64,000 nucleotides of DNA from Candidatus Binatia bacterium (lineage in GTDB: Bacteria > Acidobacteriota > Terriglobia > Terriglobales > Acidobacteriaceae), in assembly GCA_035538435.1 (NCBI GenBank), contig DATLKM010000222.1:16319-80318 (forward strand), written 5' to 3'. Shown piece by piece: positions 20,817 through 30,314 of the stretch (positions are counted from its first letter, which is position 1; the number at the start of each line of letters is the position of its first letter). Below the pieces are notes generated by a model, which worked only from the letters and a program-made list of their open reading frames with translations, was not told where the DNA came from and did no database searches. A program made the position numbers and the translations under genes.

Positions 20817-22214
20817 ATGGAGAGGACTGCACTATTAGGAATTGCCGTTTTGCTTGCCCTGGAGGCCGGCTGCACCATGGGGCCGAAGTATAAACGGCCG
20901 GCTGTAGATGTTCCGCAGTCATATCGCGCACCGGCCCCCGAACAGTCTGCCCAGGCCTCATCGCTGGGCAACGAGCAGTGGTGGCAGGTCTATCAGGATC
21001 CCGTGCTCACACAACTGATCCACACCGCCATCGCGCAAAATTACGACGTGCGCATCGCCGCCGCCCGCGTGCTCGAAGCCCAGGCACAGGTCGGCATCAC
21101 GCGGGCCAACCAACTGCCCTCGGCAAGCGTGGGCGCGAACGTATTCAGTGAGCAGAATGCCAAGGTCACACATCTGTTCCCTGCTTACCAGGTCAATGGT
21201 GGAGAGCTGAGCCTCTCGGTGATCTGGAACCTGGATTTCTGGGGGAAATACCGCCGGCAAACCGAATCGGCACGCGCGCAATTGCTGGCCACGGAGTGGG
21301 GACAACGCGCTGTAATTTCGTCGCTGGTTGCCAACGTCGCGACCGCTTACTTCCAGCTTCGGGCTCTCGACAGCGAGCGGGAAATCTCGCAGCGCACGCT
21401 GGCGTCGCGGCAACAATCGCTGCGTTTGACTCAAACCCTCGAGAGCCATGGCGGAGCCTCCGGCCTCGACGTAAGCCAGGCGGAGCAACTCGTTTACACC
21501 GCCTCCGAAACGATTCCCGATCTCGAGCGGCAGATTCAGCAGCAGGAAAACGTGCTGAGTGTTCTGCTCGGCGAAAACCCGCAAGCGATTCCCCGCGGCC
21601 GCCCGCTTATCGAACAGCCTACGCCGCAGAACGTTCCCGCCGGCCTTCCCTCGGAACTCCTCGAGCGTCGGCCCGACGTGCGTCAAGCGGAAGAGATCAT
21701 CGTCGCAGCTAACGCGCAAATCGGAGTAGCGAAGGCCTCATTTTTTCCCAGCTTGTCGCTCACGGGACTCGGCGGCCTGGAGAGCAATGCCCTGCATAAT
21801 TTCATCAGCCAGCCCTCGGAAACCTGGGACGGAGTGTTCAGCGTAAGTCAGCCAGTTTTTCAGGGAGGAGCACTGCGCTCTAATCTCCGGCTCGCTCGCG
21901 CCGACTGGCAGGAATCCGTGCTGTCCTACCAGCAAACCGTTCAGAACGCTCTTGAACAGGTATCAAATTCCCTGGTCGCTTCTCAAAAGGACCGCGAATT
22001 CCGCGAACAACAGGAACTGCTCACCGGCGCGGCGCAACGCACCGATCAACTTTCTGAAGTGCTTTACAAAAATGGCGGGGCCAGCTATCTCCAGGTGTTA
22101 ACTGCCGAAACCAATTATTTTTCAGCGGAACTGAACCTGGTGCAAGCGCAGTACAACGAGCGCCTGGCTCTGGTGCAGGTTTACCAGGCCCTTGGCGGCG
22201 GCTGGCAGCAGTAG
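20817..22214 (+). CDS. RND efflux outer-membrane factor lipoprotein (NodT/OprM family)
   Basis: Lipobox LEAGCTMGPKY. C-terminal ...NLVQAQYNERLALVQVYQALGGGWQQ is typical of OMFs. ATG 20817 preferred over the TTG 20811 used by the track. Confidence 0.9.
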   Translation: MERTALLGIAVLLALEAGCTMGPKYKRPAVDVPQSYRAPAPEQSAQASSLGNEQWWQVYQDPVLTQLIHTAIAQNYDVRIAAARVLEAQAQVGITRANQLPSASVGANVFSEQNAKVTHLFPAYQVNGGELSLSVIWNLDFWGKYRRQTESARAQLLATEWGQRAVISSLVANVATAYFQLRALDSEREISQRTLASRQQSLRLTQTLESHGGASGLDVSQAEQLVYTASETIPDLERQIQQQENVLSVLLGENPQAIPRGRPLIEQPTPQNVPAGLPSELLERRPDVRQAEEIIVAANAQIGVAKASFFPSLSLTGLGGLESNALHNFISQPSETWDGVFSVSQPVFQGGALRSNLRLARADWQESVLSYQQTVQNALEQVSNSLVASQKDREFREQQELLTGAAQRTDQLSEVLYKNGGASYLQVLTAETNYFSAELNLVQAQYNERLALVQVYQALGGGWQQ

Positions 22215-22278
22215 CACGCACCGGGGAACTCTCGCGGCAATTCCGACATACGCCTGGAATCCTAAGCGGTGGCGACTT

Positions 22279-22614
22279 TTATCGCTGCAATTTGATGGGG
22301 AAGATGTGGAACACTCCCAACATCTCCCATCCCAACAGAAACACCGAGATCACCACCACCAGCACCGCCATGAACTCGCCGAACGTCAACCCACGCCGGT
22401 TCGGCTCAAAGCGGCGGGTCGCCAGCGCAAGTATGTTCAGCGTGGCGAAGCCAAAAACCACGGCCCATAGAATGTTGTAGATGTCGTCGCGATGACGCGA
22501 AAGACGCTGGAAAAACAAAAAGCCGGCCGGCGGTAGTAATTCTCCCATACGCAAATGCCCGCTACAGGCGCTGCGCCACAACCGCATAAATTCCCAAAAT
22601 AACGCAGGTTCCAA
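22279..22614 (-). CDS. small membrane protein (unknown function)
   Basis: Two hydrophobic helices (ILWAVVFGFATLNILALA, FMAVLVVVISVFLLGW). The likely start is internal (MGELLPP, 22548). Confidence 0.4.
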   Translation of the reverse strand: MEPALFWEFMRLWRSACSGHLRMGELLPPAGFLFFQRLSRHRDDIYNILWAVVFGFATLNILALATRRFEPNRRGLTFGEFMAVLVVVISVFLLGWEMLGVFHIFPIKLQR

Positions 22615-22761
22615 TCGTTTCCCCGAAGAATGCCACAGAGTGCCCGTGCGCTCTTAGCTTTTTGTTGCATATTACATGCTTTCGCGCGCGAGTTTCACCC
22701 CTGACTTTGGTGCTCACGCATTGCGGGCCCGGAGAACCAAAGCATTCGTTAAGATAAACCT

Positions 22762-23424
22762 ATGTCCGGCTGCCGTTACATTTTTTTCGACGTTGGAAAC
22801 ACACTGCTGTTTCCGAATCGCGCCAAAATGCTGGCGCCACTTGCCGTGGAAAAACACCCAACTCTTGCCGAGTGGCAGGCGCGGGAACGAGAAACAAAAA
22901 AAGAGTTTGACCAGAGCATGCTGCGCGGCCGCGTGGACCATGGCTTCTGGCGCGTCTTTTACACGCGCCTTCTCGATCAACTCGAAGAGCACGATGGCAT
23001 GTGCGACGCTCTCGTGCGAAATACGCAGAATTCTGCCAACTGGGAAACCATTCTCCCGGGTACGCGGGAAGCCCTGTGCCGTATCGGCCAGAACTACCGC
23101 CTCGCGGTCATTTCAAATTCCGATGGTGGCATTGCTAGGATTCTCGACCGTTCGGGCATCGCCGACTGTTTCGAAAGCATTACCGACTCGGGAAACTTAG
23201 GGATCGAAAAGCCGCGGCCGGAAATTTTTCAGGCCGCCTTGCAAGCCATGAAGGCCGCTCCTGAAGAGAGTCTTTACGTGGGCGATGTCTATGCAGTGGA
23301 TTACGTCGGCGCAACGAACGCCGGAATGCAGGCTGTCCTGTTCGATGTCTGTGGAGCCTACGCCGAACTCGATGTACCGCGGGTCGAATCGCTTGCCCAA
23401 CTGGAGATCTGGCTGAAGCAATAG
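22762..23424 (+). CDS. HAD-superfamily hydrolase
   Basis: Motif I IFFDVGNTLL, motif II ISNSDG, motif IV YVGDV. Confidence 0.85.
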   Translation: MSGCRYIFFDVGNTLLFPNRAKMLAPLAVEKHPTLAEWQARERETKKEFDQSMLRGRVDHGFWRVFYTRLLDQLEEHDGMCDALVRNTQNSANWETILPGTREALCRIGQNYRLAVISNSDGGIARILDRSGIADCFESITDSGNLGIEKPRPEIFQAALQAMKAAPEESLYVGDVYAVDYVGATNAGMQAVLFDVCGAYAELDVPRVESLAQLEIWLKQ

Positions 23425-23437
23425 GCCGATTTAAAAT

Positions 23438-24088
23438 ATGGTCATGTTCGATGCAAGCAGACTTTTTCTGTTTCTCGCCGCAGCCGCGCTGCTCGCCATC
23501 GCGCCCGGCCCAGGCATGTTGTATGTGCTGGCGCGCAGCCTTGCCGGCGGGAGGCGGGAAGGCGTCTTTTCCGCGCTGGGCACGTTTCTCGGGGGCATGG
23601 TCCATGTACTCGCCGCCGCGCTGGGCCTATCGGTCGTGCTGGCACGCTCGTCCATGGCTTTTGCCACGGTCAAGTATGCGGGCGCCGCTTATCTGTGTTT
23701 CCTTGGCGTGCGGATGATTCTCGATGCGCGCAAGGAACGTTCGCCTGCTCCGGTCGATTTCGTGCCGCCACCAGCGCAAAGTGTCTGGAGCACTTTCCGC
23801 CAGGGCATTGCGACAGAAGTCTTGAACCCGAAGACCGCTTTGTTCTTTCTCTCGTTTATTCCACAATTCGTCCATCGCGAAGCCGGGCATGTGTTCTTTC
23901 AATTCTTCGCGCTGGGAACGGTCTCGGTCTTCCTCAATACTTCCGCCGATCTGACCGTGGTTCTCCTCGCCGGCCCGCTCGAGAGGCTGGTTCGTTCTTC
24001 GCCGCTGTTCCGCCGCAGGCAGCGCCAGGTCACCGGCGCAATCATGATTGGATTGGGAGTGTATTCAGCGGCCGGCGACAGCCGTTAG
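23438..24088 (+). CDS. LysE/RhtB family amino-acid exporter
   Basis: 216 aa, six hydrophobic segments. N-terminal LAIAPGPGMLYVLARSLAGGRREG is typical of the LysE family. Confidence 0.85.
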   Translation: MVMFDASRLFLFLAAAALLAIAPGPGMLYVLARSLAGGRREGVFSALGTFLGGMVHVLAAALGLSVVLARSSMAFATVKYAGAAYLCFLGVRMILDARKERSPAPVDFVPPPAQSVWSTFRQGIATEVLNPKTALFFLSFIPQFVHREAGHVFFQFFALGTVSVFLNTSADLTVVLLAGPLERLVRSSPLFRRRQRQVTGAIMIGLGVYSAAGDSR

Positions 24089-24098
24089 CACTGTCAGC

Positions 24099-25742
24099 CT
24101 AGACGTCGATGACCTGATGATCGTGGCAGTCGCTGCGCATGAAACCATAAATGTCGCGCAGCAATTCCATCCCCTGCCGCGCCATAAAGTAAATTCCGGC
24201 CACGCTTCGTTCCTGCAAAGCGCCCTCAGGATAAAGCGCGGCGCTCAGTCCCGCCGCATGGCGGTTCACCACTTCGCTCCGGCGAAGCTCCGCCGCCGTG
24301 GCCAGTTGCTGTAGGCGCTCCAGTTGATAGTTCATTTTCGATTCTGCCGTCTCGCCGGCAGCAGCCAGAGTCGGGTCCAATTTTTCCAGCGACCCGCGCA
24401 AGTGCGCGAGGGAATTTTGCACCGACCGCTGCGCGGCCTCGAACGCCTGATGCACCCCTTCCGGCAGCGCCTTCGATCCAAGCAGTCGCTTCAAAGCGTC
24501 CCCACCCTGAAACACATCGCGCACCGAAATACCGTACTGGGCCAGCCAGCGCTGCACCTTCGGCTCAACCAGGGTGGCGGAAAAACGCGGCACAATCGGC
24601 GTCACCCGCCCCAGCAATAGTTCGTAGACTGCGCCGGCTTGCGCAAAATATGCTGCTTCCGCCGCCCCACCAGCGTAGGCAAGCGTGGGCAGAACATAAT
24701 CCTGGACCACCGGCCGCAGCAACACGTTGGGGCTGAAATTTTCCGGAGCCGCCTCGATCCGAGCCAGCAACGCTGCGGACAAAAGTTTTTCAGCGCCCGC
24801 GTCGGCACCGATTACAAATTCAGTCGCGGAATTCGCTCCCGCACTCTTCTTATGGATCGCCGTCCGCGCGCCATCCCGCAGCGTGAAGAGCAGCACCGAA
24901 GAATTGGTCACCTTCACCTGCTGGTAATAACCGGCAGTCTCAAGCGCCTGCCCACGGGAAATCAATCCCGAAGTCAACTCCTCCGCCCGCTCAACCGCAG
25001 CTCGGTAAACCGGCGCAGCCAGTCGATGTAGTTCCGCATCCGAGGCATCGAGCAGAATCACTCCCCACTCGGCAAACAGCCGCGCATACAACCGCGCAAA
25101 AGCCGACCCCAAGGTCTCTCCCGGACGATAAGTTTCCCGCAGCAGTGCCGTCGCTTCAGATTCTCCCAACAACGCCGCGGCCTCATCAACCAGCGGAACA
25201 ATCTCATCCCCCAGGCGCACATCGCTTACCGGAGCGCCGGAGACGCCATGGCTCGAAGTCGCGAGCATTCGCAAAATAAAGTCGCTGCCGGGGATGGCCG
25301 CATGGTTCACTTCGGCCAGATCGTGATCGTACGTGGCCAGCCAGAAAACCGGCACCGCGTCGATACCGGCTGCCGCCGCCTCCTCAGCCAGTTTCACAGC
25401 GCTCAGAGCCTTGTAGATGGCGAACATTGGTCCGCCAAAAAGCCCCACCTGCTGGCCGGTAACAATCGCCGCCGCGCCCTTGCGCAGGCGCTCGATATTG
25501 GCCAGAGTTTGCGGCGAGGCGTCCCAGATTTTGTTTTGCCGCTCCAGAATGCCGCCCATGCGCTCACGCCGCCCGGAATCGTAGCGAAGGTTGGCGGCTT
25601 CCGTTTTTATCCATTCCTGAATATAGGGAGAATGTGGGTAGAAGGGACGGACCTTTGGCGCATACGCCAGGAAATCGGTGAACAGCTCTGTGGTATGGGG
25701 GATTTGCGAGAACGGCAAACACTGCGCCTTCACCGGCAACAC
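24099..25742 (-). CDS. bshC: bacillithiol biosynthesis cysteine-adding enzyme
   Basis: 547 aa. Motifs LPFSQIPHTTELFTDFL and VTGQQVGLFGGPMFAIYKALSAVKLAEE match the BshC family pattern as I recall it. Confidence 0.8.
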   Translation of the reverse strand: MLPVKAQCLPFSQIPHTTELFTDFLAYAPKVRPFYPHSPYIQEWIKTEAANLRYDSGRRERMGGILERQNKIWDASPQTLANIERLRKGAAAIVTGQQVGLFGGPMFAIYKALSAVKLAEEAAAAGIDAVPVFWLATYDHDLAEVNHAAIPGSDFILRMLATSSHGVSGAPVSDVRLGDEIVPLVDEAAALLGESEATALLRETYRPGETLGSAFARLYARLFAEWGVILLDASDAELHRLAAPVYRAAVERAEELTSGLISRGQALETAGYYQQVKVTNSSVLLFTLRDGARTAIHKKSAGANSATEFVIGADAGAEKLLSAALLARIEAAPENFSPNVLLRPVVQDYVLPTLAYAGGAAEAAYFAQAGAVYELLLGRVTPIVPRFSATLVEPKVQRWLAQYGISVRDVFQGGDALKRLLGSKALPEGVHQAFEAAQRSVQNSLAHLRGSLEKLDPTLAAAGETAESKMNYQLERLQQLATAAELRRSEVVNRHAAGLSAALYPEGALQERSVAGIYFMARQGMELLRDIYGFMRSDCHDHQVIDV

Positions 25743-25965
25743 TCCAGCCGACGAAGGTCGGCATCACATTGGACGCGCTGGTTCATGGCAGGTCAACGCC
25801 ATTCTACACTTCAAAATCGGCGTTCTATGTCAGATGCGGCAATCCATGCCGAGATGCAGGATAATCGGCATCTCACATTGCATCCGGGGCCTGGCCGTGG
25901 CCGCCCCAAAAATCGTGCTCAAACACCCTTCCCGTTTGCCGCATCCAAGTCTATTCCGGTGTCCC

Positions 25966-27114
25966 ATGGTGATGAATCACTACCTCGCCGATTGGCGCAA
26001 TATCCTCTGGTCGCTGGCCATGGCTGCAATCGCCGTTCTGCTGGCTCTCGCTTTGCATGGCGTGGTGGCGGCTGTCCTCAAGCGCATGGCTCGCTTGCGG
26101 AACGGAATGTTCTACGGACTGCTGGTGCAATATCAGCAGCGTCCGACCCGCCTACTCTTTCCGTTGCTTGCGTTGCTGGCCGTGATTCCCGCCATGCCTT
26201 TAGCGCCGCTGGCCATCTCACGCCTGAATCATGTAAACGTCCTGGCCCTGATCGGCTGTGCTGCGTGGATGGCAGTCGCCATGCTCAACGTCCTGCGCGA
26301 TTACATTGCGCAGCGTCACGCGCACGACGCCAACGACAATCTGGCCGTCCGCCGCTTGCGCACCCAGGTACAGGTCTTACGCCACATCATGGTTGTGCTG
26401 ATTGTGGTGATCACCATCGCCATCATGGTGATGACTTTCCCCAGCGCCCGCCACGTGGGCGAAAGCCTTTTCGCCTCCGCTGGCGTGGCCGCCGTGGTCG
26501 CCGGCCTGGCGGCTCGCACTACTCTCTCCAATTTGCTCGCGGGCGTGCAGATCGCTCTCAGCCAGCCCATTCGCCTGGACGACGTCGTCATTGTCGAAGG
26601 TGAATGGGGATGGATCGAAGAAATCACCATGACTTACGTCGTGGTGCGAATCTGGGATCTGCGTCGGCTGGTGCTTCCGATCTCTTACTTCATTGAAAAG
26701 CCTTTTCAGAACTGGACGCGCAATGCCTCCGATCTGCTCGGCACCGTCTTTGTCTACACCGATTACACCGTTCCGGTGGATGAAGTTCGAAAACAGCTTC
26801 TTCACATCCTTCAAGGGTCGGGAATGTGGGATGGAAAGGTCTGGGGGCTTCAGGTCTCGAACGCATCGGAACGCACCGTTGAATTGCGCGCGCTGATGAG
26901 CTCGCCCAACAGCTCGGCCGCCTGGGACCTGCGTTGCTACGTTCGCGAACAACTGATCGCGTTCCTGCAAGAACGATATCCGCAATCGCTGCCACGCACG
27001 CGGGCTGAGATTGCCGAGCTACCCTCGACTGTCCGCAGCCGCGATGGGAACGGTAATCGGTCAGAAACGCATCGCGAGCCATACGGCCCAAAAAATTCGC
27101 GATCGGTGGCTTGA
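25966..27114 (+). CDS. mechanosensitive ion channel (MscS family)
   Basis: TM helices followed by LSNLLAGVQIALSQPIRLDDVVIVEGEWGWIEEITMTYVVVRIWD. Start trimmed to ATG 25966 because the track ORF start at 25678 would overlap bshC. Confidence 0.85.
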   Translation: MVMNHYLADWRNILWSLAMAAIAVLLALALHGVVAAVLKRMARLRNGMFYGLLVQYQQRPTRLLFPLLALLAVIPAMPLAPLAISRLNHVNVLALIGCAAWMAVAMLNVLRDYIAQRHAHDANDNLAVRRLRTQVQVLRHIMVVLIVVITIAIMVMTFPSARHVGESLFASAGVAAVVAGLAARTTLSNLLAGVQIALSQPIRLDDVVIVEGEWGWIEEITMTYVVVRIWDLRRLVLPISYFIEKPFQNWTRNASDLLGTVFVYTDYTVPVDEVRKQLLHILQGSGMWDGKVWGLQVSNASERTVELRALMSSPNSSAAWDLRCYVREQLIAFLQERYPQSLPRTRAEIAELPSTVRSRDGNGNRSETHREPYGPKNSRSVA

Positions 27115-27139
27115 CACGAACGGATCATCAGCTCTCGAC

Positions 27140-29047
27140 TTACTGCACCACAAGCTTGCTCACAATTTTCGCTTCGCCGAAAGTGTTCTTGAGTTCCATC
27201 GGAATCTCCGCCGCCGCGTCCGACTGAAATTCGAAATCGTAAACTTCGCCGGAATCGAAGTGCAGCGTGGCGTCTCCCGCCTTGGCCAGGCGCAGGGGCA
27301 CAGTCGCTCCGTCTTTGGCCAAAGCGCGCCAGGTGGCAGGATGCTCTTTGCTCCCCAGCCTGAAATCGGCGGCAAGATCAGGGGCAATATTAATCAGACG
27401 GAGCCGGTATTTTTCGCCATGCTTTAAGAGCATCGGATCGGGTTGCTCGGCGCCATTCAGCGTGAGCCGCTTGGGAAAGAATCCCGATTCCCGTGCGCCC
27501 ACAACCAGCAGCCTGTCATGCTCGGGATCGTACTTCTCTCCCGGCTCCAGCACAATCAGCGCGCCATAGATTCCGCCCGAAAGCTGGTCGGCATCGGCCG
27601 CGTGAGTGTGATAGATAAACGTTCCCGCGCGGTTCGGGGTAAAGCGGGCGGCGAAAGTCGTTCCCGGAGCCACCGCGGGCGTGACCCGCGATGCCGTGCC
27701 GCCGCCGACCACGCCGTCGTAGTAAGAGTCCAGTTCCAATCCGTGCCAGTGAATGCTCGTCGGGATGCTGAGGTGATTCACGACCGTGATTTCCGTCGGC
27801 TCGCCCCGCGTGACAACAATTGGCGGACCCATCGCCTTATCCTGCGAAGCCACGAGCTTCTTGCCCTCCCGCACCGCGCACGAAAACGTCGGCGTCTTGC
27901 CGCTTTCGGCGCTGGGTTCCACCACCAAATCGATCTTGCGGACAGGCGTGGCTTCCGCGCGCACCTCACTCCGCCTGGGCTTTACGTTTGTCACCAGCAC
28001 CAGACCGAACATGTCGTTCATGGCCATTCCGTGCATTCCCGAATCGTTCGCCCGCATCCCGCCATGGTCGCCACTGGAGTCGTGGGTCACAGGCATCTCC
28101 GGATGTGGCCCTTCCGCGCGCATGTAAATCGGCACGCGTTCGTTCTCCGAAATATGCGCATGAAAATGACAATGAAAGAGCCAGCGACCTTCGTGTTCCG
28201 GTGTCCACTCCATCATCATCGTGTGGCCATCGCGCAAGTCCTGCGTTACCACAGATTGCCGGTCTTCGCCGGAATACCCCGTGTCAGATTCGAAGTCGCC
28301 CATGCTCAAAATCTTGTAAAACGCCCCGTGCATGTGCATGGGATGCTCGCTGAATGAAGTATTGATGATGCGCCAGCGAACCGTTTCGCCCTCGGTATAC
28401 TCCAGCATTTCGGTGTAGGGATATGATTTGCCGTTGAGGGTCGCCGTTTCGAAAAAAGGGTGCAGCGCGTCGGAAAGCGTAGCCATCACGTTCAAGACGA
28501 AAATGCGATCGGGAGCCACTTCGCCCGCAGGGTCGACGATGAACGCGCCGTTCAGTTGCGCGTCGGCGAGATATGGTTCGTCATCTTTTTCCGGGCTTAC
28601 CGTTCGCGCCCAATAGTAATAGGTGCCGGCGGCCCCCGCCAGAAAACTCGTTTCGCGGCTCTCGCCGGGAGGAATAGCGATTCCTGCTTTCGGGTCGCCG
28701 GGCCGGGTGTTCAAGCCAAAGACCGTAGCCGGTTTTTTGTACTTGTTATCGACGGTGACCTTCAACGTGGTGCCCACCGGCACCCGGAGCAGCGGGCCGG
28801 GAATCGATAAAGGCTTTCCGGCCTCGGCGAAAGCGTGCACGTAAAGCGGAGGGCCGTCGGCAGCCTCGGCGTGCCAGGTGCCGCTGCGAATCTCGAGATG
28901 CACGGTGAGAACGCCGTTCTCCAGTTTGCCCGCCGGAGTTCGGTTCTGGTTGGCGAGAATTTCGTCTGAAGTCTGCGATTGCGCCATAGCAACCGCGGCC
29001 AGAAAGCTAAATACGACCAGGCACCACAGGGAGCGCGAAGTGGTCAT
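27140..29047 (-). CDS. multicopper oxidase with permuted copper-motif order and a Met/His-rich segment
   Basis: Signal peptide. HPMHMHG (aa 235-241), HCHFHAH (292-298), Met/His-rich 315-346, HWHG (433-436), YHTH (479-482). Confidence 0.85.
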   Translation of the reverse strand: MTTSRSLWCLVVFSFLAAVAMAQSQTSDEILANQNRTPAGKLENGVLTVHLEIRSGTWHAEAADGPPLYVHAFAEAGKPLSIPGPLLRVPVGTTLKVTVDNKYKKPATVFGLNTRPGDPKAGIAIPPGESRETSFLAGAAGTYYYWARTVSPEKDDEPYLADAQLNGAFIVDPAGEVAPDRIFVLNVMATLSDALHPFFETATLNGKSYPYTEMLEYTEGETVRWRIINTSFSEHPMHMHGAFYKILSMGDFESDTGYSGEDRQSVVTQDLRDGHTMMMEWTPEHEGRWLFHCHFHAHISENERVPIYMRAEGPHPEMPVTHDSSGDHGGMRANDSGMHGMAMNDMFGLVLVTNVKPRRSEVRAEATPVRKIDLVVEPSAESGKTPTFSCAVREGKKLVASQDKAMGPPIVVTRGEPTEITVVNHLSIPTSIHWHGLELDSYYDGVVGGGTASRVTPAVAPGTTFAARFTPNRAGTFIYHTHAADADQLSGGIYGALIVLEPGEKYDPEHDRLLVVGARESGFFPKRLTLNGAEQPDPMLLKHGEKYRLRLINIAPDLAADFRLGSKEHPATWRALAKDGATVPLRLAKAGDATLHFDSGEVYDFEFQSDAAAEIPMELKNTFGEAKIVSKLVVQ

Positions 29048-29292
29048 TAGGTTTTTTCCGCACTAAAATTGCCGCAATTATGCCATAGAAAAGTCACACC
29101 GGAAGCGCTTTTTTGGGTTAGCCGAAGCGAAAAGCATCGCCGGTGGCGGAAACTGGCCTGCGTGATTCCGGGAAATCGAGGATTCTCATTCCTTAAACAA
29201 ATACTTCGCATGATCGGCCACACAATCCCGCATTGCTGCGGCGAGGGAGAAAAGTCCTCAGCTGCGGTCGCGCACATTGATAGGAATGGGGC

Positions 29293-29718
29293 CTAAAGAA
29301 TATTCGAATCCAGCCCGCCAATAAACTGAATGCCTGGAACGATCTGCCCAATCAGGTCGCTGTCATTGGTGAGGAATAGATCGATGCCTGCCTTTGCGGC
29401 GCAGGCCAGATGGATGGCATCAGCCGAAGAGACCTTAAGCCGCGCGCGAATTTCCGCGTAGGAATCCGCCAGATCGACTGTGTAGGGAAGGATTTCGATC
29501 GAGCTGCTAAGAAAAAAACTCCGCACCCGCGCCGCAATTTCCAGGTCATGCCGCTTGTGAAAACCGACCAGAGTCTCTCCCACCGTAAAGGCGCTCGTGC
29601 ACAGTCGATCCTGCCGCGCTTTCATTTTCTCCCGAATGCTCTGCACCCGCGGAGCGTAGTGCGGGTTGTTCTCCAGCCAGTAGATGAACAGCATGGTGTC
29701 CCAGTAGATTCGGCTCAT
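29293..29718 (-). CDS. vapC: PIN-domain ribonuclease toxin
   Basis: MSRIYWDTMLFIYW..., VGETL, SSADAIHLACA and LTNDSDL give the conserved PIN acidic residues. Start ATG 29718 overlaps the upstream stop (ATGA). Confidence 0.8.
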   Translation of the reverse strand: MSRIYWDTMLFIYWLENNPHYAPRVQSIREKMKARQDRLCTSAFTVGETLVGFHKRHDLEIAARVRSFFLSSSIEILPYTVDLADSYAEIRARLKVSSADAIHLACAAKAGIDLFLTNDSDLIGQIVPGIQFIGGLDSNIL

Positions 29719-30158
29719 GATTTTCGGGTCAGGGGGTCTTTGCCCGGAGCGTAGAAGTTGGCTCGCTCTTGGCGCAGATATGCTTCTCCTCCGCCATAAG
29801 AGGCGTAAACTTCCTTTCCGATTCCCCGAAGCGACTCCCACATGTCATCAACAATTTGCTTTTCCGGGTCGGAACGCACCATTTCATAGAGGAATGTGAC
29901 AGTAGTACTTTGGCCGGACGGCGGTCCGGTTTTTGAAACGATGCGCAGGCCGTGCTCGGTCAGGAACTTCTTCGATCCCAGCGCCGCGCAGACGAGCGGC
30001 ACCCGATTGCTCAGCCCCATGTCGCGATGTACATCGCCCACGTTAATCGAGATGAGCTTTTCTCGGAGGCGTTGGGCCTGCAATACGTATTTCTCGTAAG
30101 CATGGCGGCGGATCGCGTCCGAGCCGGAAATCGAAGTTTCGATATGAAGCTTGCTCAT
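29715..30158 (-). CDS. putative cognate antitoxin, atypical (147 aa)
   Basis: Translationally coupled immediately upstream of vapC. The sequence is not a recognisable AbrB/RHH/Phd VapB. The C-terminal GGGEAYLRQERANF resembles antitoxin tails. Confidence 0.45.
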   Translation of the reverse strand: MSKLHIETSISGSDAIRRHAYEKYVLQAQRLREKLISINVGDVHRDMGLSNRVPLVCAALGSKKFLTEHGLRIVSKTGPPSGQSTTVTFLYEMVRSDPEKQIVDDMWESLRGIGKEVYASYGGGEAYLRQERANFYAPGKDPLTRKS

Positions 30159-30196
30159 GCATGCTATTATTGCATATTCAATGCATGAAATGCAAT
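30156..30196. promoter_or_regulatory. cluster of ATGCAT-type inverted repeats at the start / 5' region of the vapB-like gene (candidate operator)
   Basis: tcATGCATGCtattATTGCATattcAATGCATgaaATGCAATtc. ATTGCAT (30169-30175) and ATGCAAT (30190-30196) are exact reverse complements. Confidence 0.3.
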
Positions 30197-30314
30197 TCTT
30201 GTTGTTGCTTGAGTCCGAACAAGTCTGGTCAGCATCTTTACGCCAGTGGTTTGACTTCCAGTCACTCCAAACCCTAGTCTAGAGTCAGTTCTTGACTGGC
30301 CAAATCCCACCAGT

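Noticed and set aside
25248-26603. 451-aa plus-strand ORF bridging the bshC 5' end and the MscS gene.
   Set aside because: It is out of frame with the MscS reading frame and antisense to bshC. It has extreme Arg/Pro/Gly content and no recognisable domain.
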